Shown: in pieces, positions 1 through 6,442 of the stretch
Position numbering within the stretch: the stretch's first letter is position 1
How the letters are laid out: every line of letters begins with the position of its first letter
DNA from: a virus
Lineage: Duplodnaviria; Caudoviricetes
Direction: 5' to 3' (one strand)
DNA: 37,330 bases
IMG/VR virus record: IMGVR_UViG_3300046011_004283
Span: 1 to 37,330 of that record
Notes under the pieces: generated by a model
Seen by the model: the letters and a program-made list of their open reading frames with translations, nothing else
Database searches by the model: none
Told to the model about the DNA's origin: nothing
Program-made: the position numbers and the translations under genes

Positions 1-2
1 AG

Positions 3-107
3 TTTAATGAAGCAATGCATCTAAGCTGGGAAGAACGAGAATTGGTTAACGAGATTGTCAGTGAGAACCTCGAAACCACATCGAAGACGGGACTCCCATT
101 CTTCTAA
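3..107 (+). CDS. C-terminal fragment of a small baseplate hub assembly protein (gp51-like), truncated by window start
   Basis: Frame 3 reads FNEAMHLSWEERELVNEIVSENLETTSKTGLPFF*, stop TAA 105-107, followed by a terminator. The EER..I..ENLE pattern resembles gp51-like proteins of T4-like phages. Confidence 0.55.
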   Translation, partial: FNEAMHLSWEERELVNEIVSENLETTSKTGLPFF

Positions 108-118
108 GCCTAAAAGAT

Positions 119-145
119 AATGCCCTCATTACGAGGGCATTTTTG
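119..145. terminator. Intrinsic terminator between convergent genes
   Basis: AATGCCCTC-ATTAC-GAGGGCATT followed by a T run on +, with an A-rich run upstream serving the - strand. Confidence 0.75.
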
Positions 146-180
146 TTCACTGTCGATCAGTTTGCGATTACCAATGAAGG

Positions 181-2778
181 TTATTTCAAACTATTCAAGA
201 ATCTAATATACTCAGGATGACTTTGAATCGCTGGGTCATTCATCATACGTTGTGCCATGACTGGTGCAGTAGACTGCGACGCAGGTTGAGTAGTTCCACC
301 ACTAGCTTGTGCTGCAGCTGGTGTGATTGTGCCGCTTCTAATATTCTGCTGGGTAACTTGCATGATAATCGCATCAATCTGCGGTCCAGTCAATCTAGTT
401 GCATTTGGTGCTACTGAATCTGTAATTTGTTGAATCTTAGACGTATCTAATCTTTTAGATGTAAAGAAATCAATTAGGGATTGTGCATCGGGATTACCAC
501 CGGTTGAACCCAAGTAACGTGAATACTCTGGTTTATACTGATTTGCGATTTTACCAGCATCCAATTTACCAGCAGCTTGTGAACTAAACTTACTAGCAAC
601 ACCAGTAGCTAATCGTTGACCTAATCCCATTGGAGCTTCTGCTAGTATGTTGTCTTGTAGAGCACGACCTTCACGAACTGCCTTGAGTTCTTGCATCAAC
701 TTTTTAAGTTGGTTTTCTTCAAATCGTTGCAATTCTTCTTTTTTCAAGATATGATTAATAGCACTAATCAATCTTTCAACATTCAAGTCACTTAAATCAA
801 GAGTTTTACCACCTGCGTTTTGTTGGGCTGGTTGATTGTATTGAGATTGGCCAGCACCACCTAGTGAACCAGCACCAGCTGAACCAATTGAATATTGATC
901 ACCTGCTGCTTGAGTAGCTTTACCCTTAGCTTTTGGTTTAGGAACCCCTGGAATACTGATAATTCCTTTACGGATATTGTCTTGAGTAATAGCCAATATG
1001 ATTTTATCAATCTGTTTATTAGAGAATGCCGCTTCTGCTAAAAGATAATCGAACTCATGTTCAACACTAGCTGCCAATGCCATCTTTTTATTCTTTGCAG
1101 CCTTTTCTTTCTTAGCTTTAGGCATTGGTTCTTGATCCATCCAAGCATCTTCATCATCTTCAGTTGGTGGAACTTCTTCACTTGATGCAGTTTTAGTTTT
1201 AGCGGGTGCCATTGCTTTAGCAAATCTACTAAACTCACTACCCATAGAAGATGGTTTGTAATCCATTTCATCTTCTGGTTCTACATCGGCTTCTTTAGCC
1301 GCTTTAAGTGCAGAGATAGCACCCATCGCTTGTTTACCCAATTCCTTGTTAGATGGGTCTTGTTTGAATGCAGTAGCAAGTTCCTGTGCTTTAGCTGTTA
1401 GTTTACCGATTTTATCAGTTGGCTCTTCTTTAGGTTCTGCTTTAACTGCAGCAGGTTGTTCTTTCTTAACTGCCGCAACTGGAGATTTCATAGAAACTGG
1501 TGTTGGAGCAGGTACTACTTCAGGTTCTGTACCCGTAGCACTAGCAAGTTCTGCTTTAGCAGCATTCAAAGCCTTTAACTTTTTATCTTTAGTAGACTTA
1601 GAGATACCAGCTTTATTAACTTTATCATAATCAGCTTGTGCTTTTTCAACTGCAGATTGAACTTTTTCGACATCAGGTGCCGCTGTAGGTTCTTCAGTTG
1701 GCAATTCCATTTGTGTTTGTGGTTCTTCACCTGTTTTGATTTGGTTAACTTTGGTGGCTAACTTATCTTTTAGGTCAGCTGGCTTGATCTCACTTGCTAC
1801 AAATGAATCATAATCTGCTTCTGCTTGTTTTAAAGCATCTTTTAGTTTTTGACTTCTTGGACTTTTAGCTAATGCTTCTTTAGCTGCATCAATAGCATTC
1901 AACTTAGTATCTAATTCTGCTTTGATATCAGAAGTGGCTTTAGACATAGCACTAACTGATTTGAATTGAGGTGCTTTTGGTTGGCCAACACCTGCTTTAC
2001 CAGCACGTGAACTGATTCCGGGTCTTTCTCTAGTAGCAGTTGGCTCTGCTGCAGGTACTTCGGGTTCTGCTTGTTGACCTTTTAACTTACTAACTAAAGA
2101 AGTTCTACCTTTCATTGGGTTTTGTGGTGTTTTTAATCTACCTAATGCAGATGCTGCTTGAGTTCCTGTTGCAGATGGCTCTTGTTGTGCAATTTCTGGT
2201 TGTTCAGCTGATGGTTCGATAGGTGGCACGTAGCCTTGACCCATACCAGCTAATCTATTTGTTTTAGTAACTGGTTCAGTTGGCTGTTGTTCTGGTTGTT
2301 GGCCACGTAATTGCTGACCTACTCTTTGCCGTACTGCAACTTGTTTAGCTCTGGCTTGTTCAATTGGGCTCTCACCATCCAATGATGGTACTTCACCTGT
2401 AGCTGAACCGATATCAACTACTGGTTCTACTCTTGCATTAGCTGCACCTGTTCTTGGACCGGTATCAATTCGCCAATCTTGTCCAGTTGGGCTTCCAGCC
2501 GAAACAGAAGAAATGGCAGAATCCAATGAATCCGCAGATAAACCTTTTGAATTTAAGAATGCTTCAAGTGATTCTTTATCTTGCTCGTAACCAGTAACAC
2601 CTAGATAACGAGAATAATCTTTCTTTAACTGATTGGCGATGTTTGCAGTGACTTCTGCGCCTGCTGCTTTTTGACTACCAAGTTTACTGGCAACTTTTAG
2701 AGCTCCTCGTTTTAACATACCAACTGGAGCTTCGGTGATTGTACTTTCTATTAAGACGTCTACATCTGACATTTTCAT
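181..2778 (-). CDS. Hypothetical 865-aa Ala/Lys/Gln/Pro-rich protein with a duplicated domain; probable late/virion internal protein
   Basis: Long ORF. The EAPxG...IANQ..YSRYLG.TG module occurs at both ends. ATAAATA late-type motifs lie upstream (2814-2820, 2846-2852, minus). Confidence 0.8.
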   Translation of the reverse strand: MKMSDVDVLIESTITEAPVGMLKRGALKVASKLGSQKAAGAEVTANIANQLKKDYSRYLGVTGYEQDKESLEAFLNSKGLSADSLDSAISSVSAGSPTGQDWRIDTGPRTGAANARVEPVVDIGSATGEVPSLDGESPIEQARAKQVAVRQRVGQQLRGQQPEQQPTEPVTKTNRLAGMGQGYVPPIEPSAEQPEIAQQEPSATGTQAASALGRLKTPQNPMKGRTSLVSKLKGQQAEPEVPAAEPTATRERPGISSRAGKAGVGQPKAPQFKSVSAMSKATSDIKAELDTKLNAIDAAKEALAKSPRSQKLKDALKQAEADYDSFVASEIKPADLKDKLATKVNQIKTGEEPQTQMELPTEEPTAAPDVEKVQSAVEKAQADYDKVNKAGISKSTKDKKLKALNAAKAELASATGTEPEVVPAPTPVSMKSPVAAVKKEQPAAVKAEPKEEPTDKIGKLTAKAQELATAFKQDPSNKELGKQAMGAISALKAAKEADVEPEDEMDYKPSSMGSEFSRFAKAMAPAKTKTASSEEVPPTEDDEDAWMDQEPMPKAKKEKAAKNKKMALAASVEHEFDYLLAEAAFSNKQIDKIILAITQDNIRKGIISIPGVPKPKAKGKATQAAGDQYSIGSAGAGSLGGAGQSQYNQPAQQNAGGKTLDLSDLNVERLISAINHILKKEELQRFEENQLKKLMQELKAVREGRALQDNILAEAPMGLGQRLATGVASKFSSQAAGKLDAGKIANQYKPEYSRYLGSTGGNPDAQSLIDFFTSKRLDTSKIQQITDSVAPNATRLTGPQIDAIIMQVTQQNIRSGTITPAAAQASGGTTQPASQSTAPVMAQRMMNDPAIQSHPEYIRFLNSLK

Positions 2779-2813
2779 TGATTGGGTTCCTTATTCGAAT
2801 GGGGTATTGAAGG

Positions 2814-2852
2814 TATTTATTGAAAACCCGAGATGAACCGGAACCTATTTAT
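2814..2852 (-). promoter_or_regulatory. Two T4-like late promoter cores (ATAAATA)
   Basis: tatttat at 2814-2820 and 2846-2852 upstream of the 865-aa gene; T4 late consensus is TATAAATA. Confidence 0.5.
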
Positions 2853-2864
2853 TTGCAGAACGCA

Positions 2865-3412
2865 CTAAAAGATAATGAATCGATATGAACCCACCAATTT
2901 ATGAACTAAAAGATAATAGAAACCACTAGACGCAGTTATCCATTAGTTACTAAAAGATAATGAGTCAACTACCCGACGACTAAAGATCGTCGGGTTTTCT
3001 GCTCAGAACTGATAAACTCCAGACGTAGCTATCCATTTAAAAGAATAATACTAAAAGATAACTTATAGATAATGTATTAATGATTGTCTTATAGATGATG
3101 TTTATTACTAAAAGATGATTGTCTTATAGATGATGTTTATTACTGATGATATTAATGTTCTTATTGATGTTTATATTAATGGTCTTATAGATGATCTTAT
3201 AGTTGAGTTATTAATTGAATTATCTTTTAGAGTTATATTGTATGTGTTCGTATGGAGTTTATAATGTATGTGTGCATCTGGTAAAAAGCTATAAGGGAAT
3301 CTAAAATGTATGTGCGCGAATGGAAACAGCTAAAATGTATGGGTTCGAATGCATCTAAAAATGTATGTGCGCGTGGCTTAAGCAGGTATCTATTAGGTAC
3401 ATTATCTTTTAG
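2865..3412. repeat. AT-rich block of short repeats (iteron-like)
   Basis: CTAAAAGATAAT at 2865, 2906, 2950, near-copies at 3051 and 3108, inverted copies at 3219 and 3401. Perfect 30-bp direct repeat at 3080-3109 and 3115-3144. TGTATG(T/G)G at 3239, 3265, 3307, 3336, 3362. About 21% GC over 3061-3240 by hand count. Confidence 0.85.
2964..3011 (-). mobile_element. 48-bp non-autonomous IS200/IS605-family-like single-hairpin element (PATE/MITE-like)
   Basis: GTCAACT-ACCCGACGA-CTAAAGA-TCGTCGGGT-TTTCTGCTCAGAACTG. On the minus strand it follows TTTAT and ends in hairpin-AGTTGAC. Removing it restores the local repeat unit. Confidence 0.65.
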
Positions 3413-3518
3413 AATTCATTTAATCTTATATGCTCCTACAATTATTAAAATCAATTATTAAATCTATTATAGCGACGCGCCAGCGGAGCCCTCACTGCGG
3501 GTTGTGGAGCTGAACATC

Positions 3519-4130
3519 TTAACCCGAAAAACTCGGGTTAATTCAAAGGACAATGGACATTTCTAATTGTGGAACTAAAATGTCCAAGGGTTCTGCGTAC
3601 AAGCATCGCATCACAGTAGCATGTAGAGCATTACAGAGGCGGTCAGCCGGTACCTCGAGCTCAGTCTTATTAATCTGACGGTGGCTTACTAGACAACAGC
3701 TACCTTATCTAGTAAACGTGGGTTTTCTCAACCCATCTTTAGCCTTTGTTATTCGTTTTTGCTATAGTTCAAATGGGTTGTATGAAGGCATATCCCATAA
3801 CTCATCTGGTGGGGTAGTGAACTATATCTCCGTTGCTAATGTCGGAACTTCCATCCCCTGTGATTCAAGTAGACCAGGGTTTAAGGGCACGTAATGGTCG
3901 CCTGTGCGCGGCTTTCTTAGCAATTCTCTCACCTTTCTATGTTCTATCTAGTAATTCGGTGAGCAAGTTTGGCGGGTGCCTAAAAGATAATTGAGTAATT
4001 GCTTTTGTGTGAGTAGACTTTGTGTCGGTAAGAATTGAGATGGTCTCTGTAAGTAAAAGTAATTATAGACTTGGTGTCGGTATTGATTTGAGATGGTCTC
4101 TGTAAACTGCTTTTGGGTAATTTCTTAGTA
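3519..4130 (-). ncRNA. Candidate large structured non-coding RNA (~600 nt; boundaries approximate, family unknown)
   Basis: No ORF of 60 aa or more between 2779 and 4219. About 45% GC over 3601-3960. At least 10 adjacent stems. A near-consensus minus-strand promoter sits at 4137-4165. Confidence 0.6.
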
Positions 4131-4201
4131 TGGTTAATTGTAACTTAGTTAATGAACCTTGTCAACACTTTTGTGAATTTATTTTGAGATGGTCTCTGTA
4201 A
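4014..4201. repeat. Three exact 18-bp direct repeats TTGAGATGGTCTCTGTAA, two of them within longer ~40-bp repeats
   Basis: Copies at 4035-4052, 4088-4105, 4184-4201. TAGACTT(T/G)GTGTCGGTA precedes the first two (4014, 4066). Confidence 0.9.
4137..4165 (-). promoter_or_regulatory. Sigma70-type promoter TTGACA-N17-TACAAT pointing into the non-coding region
   Basis: -35 at 4165-4160, -10 at 4142-4137; predicted TSS about 4130; a late-type CTAAATA also lies at 4234-4228. Confidence 0.7.
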
Positions 4202-4289
4202 TGTTCTGATATAGATTGATTATACTCTATTTAGTCGCGAAAAACAGCACTTATTGTTAACTATTAAGAAAATAATAGTCAACAAACAG

Positions 4290-4709
4290 TTAACAATACT
4301 CAATAGCTCGCATAGCCAGTTCATCGGCACGTTCATTGCCAGGAATTCCCGAATGGCCTTTGATCCATTGCCAAGTGACATTGTGAGGTTTAGCTGCTGC
4401 AGCCAGTGCATGCCATAAGTCTGGATTAACGAAATTAGTACGACCATTCTTAATCCAATTAGGATACCATTTAGTGATTCCATCTACAACATATTTTGAA
4501 TCACTATAGATTGTGACATCACATGGACGAGTTAAGGCATTTAATGCTTGGATTGCTGCCATTAGTTCCATGCGGTTATTAGTAGTACCATCTACACCAC
4601 CAAAGAGTTCTTTTTCTTTGTTGTTGCACATAAGTACAGCACCCCAACCACCCTTTCCGGGATTAGGAATACATCCACCATCAGTATATACGATTACCTT
4701 GTCTTTCAT
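4290..4709 (-). CDS. rnhA: Ribonuclease HI
   Basis: Motifs [46 protein letters not shown]; all four acidic catalytic residues are present. Confidence 0.95.
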   Translation of the reverse strand: MKDKVIVYTDGGCIPNPGKGGWGAVLMCNNKEKELFGGVDGTTNNRMELMAAIQALNALTRPCDVTIYSDSKYVVDGITKWYPNWIKNGRTNFVNPDLWHALAAAAKPHNVTWQWIKGHSGIPGNERADELAMRAIEYC

Positions 4710-4740
4710 AATATTACATTTGATAAGAATAAAATGATAT

Positions 4741-5262
4741 TTAGTCTGGCGAAATAGTGCTTAATTGCTTGACTAATTGATGATTATGTTGCCAAAAAGA
4801 ATCATAATCAAAGATTTGCCAGTGGCCAAACTTAACTGAAGTGTAATTGGTATGAGGATGTGATAAGTCCCATCCTTTGTTGGATTCAACCGCAACGTAC
4901 TTTCCTTTACGTGTGATTTTAAACATGAGGATATTCATATCATTTGGATCTGCCACTTGAACCAATTGACCTAGCCAAGTTTCAAGTTGTTTGACTTCAC
5001 CTGAATATAACTGATGAAAAGGAAAATCTGCATAGTTCTTGGCTTCACTATTAAAGGAAGTCCATTCGGTTGGTGGGATAATATCACCTTTGAAACTTTG
5101 GATTTGACCAGCATCTAATACGGCTTTTCGCTGCGTGTTTTTACCTCCAACAAAGGCACCACTACCTTGGCATCTTAAAAATTTTAGATTGTAAATGGAG
5201 GATAAGTGATTTGCAATCTCACGTTCCCATGTATTGCCTTTGTTTTTTGATTTGCTGGTCAT
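4741..5262 (-). CDS. PD-(D/E)XK nuclease, Holliday junction resolvase-like
   Basis: [12 protein letters not shown]-terminal helix, SGAFVGG, GDII and EAKNY motifs; recombination-gene context. Confidence 0.75.
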   Translation of the reverse strand: MTSKSKNKGNTWEREIANHLSSIYNLKFLRCQGSGAFVGGKNTQRKAVLDAGQIQSFKGDIIPPTEWTSFNSEAKNYADFPFHQLYSGEVKQLETWLGQLVQVADPNDMNILMFKITRKGKYVAVESNKGWDLSHPHTNYTSVKFGHWQIFDYDSFWQHNHQLVKQLSTISPD

Positions 5263-5294
5263 AGTAGGTTCACTTGTTTTGGTTAGTAGTGAAC

Positions 5295-5681
5295 CTATTT
5301 ATCTGGTTGGTAGTTGTGGTCTACGATGTGGATTTGCTCTGGTTCGAATACAATAGTTTCTTTTGTTCCTCGAACTATTGCATTGTAACCTTGGCTTTGT
5401 AACATTTCACGGATTTGTTTTCTTGGATTACCACCTGATGATTTTTGAAGAGCAATTGATACTGCGTCAAATGGCGCAACTTTACCAAGATCAAGGTGAG
5501 CAGCGATAATTCTTGCATTTGGACTTCTTGCACTGGTTTTGTATCGCAATGCTTCGTTGTAATCTTCGGTGAAGTAAAATCCAATTGACCCAGTATGTCG
5601 ATGTGAAAAGTCTTCAAATTCTGAAGCAGTGGCATGAAAATACAAGGTACCTGCATTTTCAAATAGTTCGTAAATACGCAT
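5295..5681 (-). CDS. ADP-ribosyltransferase-like protein (ART-PolyVal-like), 128 aa
   Basis: YFHAT..F..F, GFYFT...A..Y, GYNAI, E.IVFEPEQI pattern. The start is placed at ATG 5681 (MRIYELFE) because of SD AGGAG at 5691-5687 and CTAAATA at 5711-5705. Confidence 0.6.
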   Translation of the reverse strand: MRIYELFENAGTLYFHATASEFEDFSHRHTGSIGFYFTEDYNEALRYKTSARSPNARIIAAHLDLGKVAPFDAVSIALQKSSGGNPRKQIREMLQSQGYNAIVRGTKETIVFEPEQIHIVDHNYQPDK

Positions 5682-5729
5682 ATTGTCTCCTAAACATGTA
5701 GAAATATTTAGGTGACAGGCTCGCAACTG

Positions 5730-6020
5730 TTAGATTGTTCGGATGGCTCTTACCGACCCATGACCACTATTCTTAAGTCCTGAGTACTGGTAACCATCGA
5801 AAAAGTACTTAACGAATGCACCACCGTCATCGTTCTCGGTCGAAGACCAATACCCATCGGGTTCTAAATCATTATCTGATTGATATATCGCATTTAATTC
5901 ATCTATGGTAGGCAATCTCCAACCGGTCTTACCAACTATATTAAGAGCAAAACAATACAACTTGGCATCATACCAATTTGCTCGGATCTCGGTTTCTTTT
6001 GGTGCTATTTCGAAGTTCAT
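5730..6020 (-). CDS. DUF1566 (Lcl C-terminal, C-type lectin fold) protein; candidate DGR target
   Basis: W.DA..YC..L...G.TGWRLPTIDEL, YWSSTE and VRAIR motifs. Confidence 0.85.
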   Translation of the reverse strand: MNFEIAPKETEIRANWYDAKLYCFALNIVGKTGWRLPTIDELNAIYQSDNDLEPDGYWSSTENDDGGAFVKYFFDGYQYSGLKNSGHGSVRAIRTI

Positions 6021-6310
6021 GAAAAATCTCTTACTGCTCTAACGTAGACGTTTCTGAAGTTCTTACTGTGGTAGCCCCTGGAGCCACCAGCGAAGCAATG
6101 ACTCCATGCGCGATTGACAATACGCGCAGTAGAGGACCAGTAATACCATTTTTCAAAATCATTTTTAGCTTGGTATATTTCATTCAGTTCATCTTTGTCA
6201 GGCAACCGCCATCCTGTTTTACCATCAATATTAAGAGAAAATGAATACATTCTAGCTTCGTCCCAAGTTAATCTTACTTCAGTTTCTTTTGGTGCTATTT
6301 CAACGTTCAT
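6017..6310 (-). CDS. DUF1566 (Lcl C-terminal, C-type lectin fold) protein, paralog of 5730-6020; candidate DGR target
   Basis: TWDEA..Y..L..DGKTGWRLP..DEL, YWSST, AW and YVRAVRDF motifs; ATGA overlap with the downstream paralog. Confidence 0.85.
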   Translation of the reverse strand: MNVEIAPKETEVRLTWDEARMYSFSLNIDGKTGWRLPDKDELNEIYQAKNDFEKWYYWSSTARIVNRAWSHCFAGGSRGYHSKNFRNVYVRAVRDFS

Positions 6311-6344
6311 GCCAATTTACCGCAGTTTTGTTTAAGTTGTGCGT

Positions 6345-6372
6345 ATTATAGTGGATTATTTTCGAATGTCAA
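6345..6372 (-). promoter_or_regulatory. Sigma70-type promoter TTGACA-N16-TATAAT for the DUF1566 pair
   Basis: -35 at 6372-6367, -10 at 6350-6345; lies just downstream of the gp46 terminator. Confidence 0.65.
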
Positions 6373-6399
6373 GTGTTTTTCTATTATCTTTTAGACAAC

Positions 6400-6425
6400 A
6401 AAAAGCCCAGAATTATCTGGGCTTA
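6400..6425 (-). terminator. Intrinsic terminator after gp46
   Basis: AAGCCCAG-AATTAT-CTGGGCTT with a U tract on the minus strand. Confidence 0.8.
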
Positions 6426-6442
6426 GTGGATTCGATTATCTT

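Noticed and set aside
3580-3880. RNase P RNA-like words on the minus strand (GATGGAAGTTCCG after a hairpin, GCAACGGAGA, CAGAACCC)
   Set aside because: The two strands of the universal P4 helix do not pair (no CGGCUUA-type complement) and spacing differs; not called without a covariance-model hit
4014-4201. CRISPR mini-array
   Set aside because: Repeat is only 18 bp, spacers are 35 and 78 bp and partly repeat flanking sequence, one contains a promoter, and no cas genes are in the window
2779-4289. DGR template repeat or reverse transcriptase for the DUF1566 genes
   Set aside because: No AAC-rich copy of the YWSST-to-VRA segment and no RT ORF seen here or elsewhere in the window
5682-5726. 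N-terminal extension of the 143-aa ORF given in the ORF track
   Set aside because: It spans the late-promoter motif and SD; the better start is ATG at 5681
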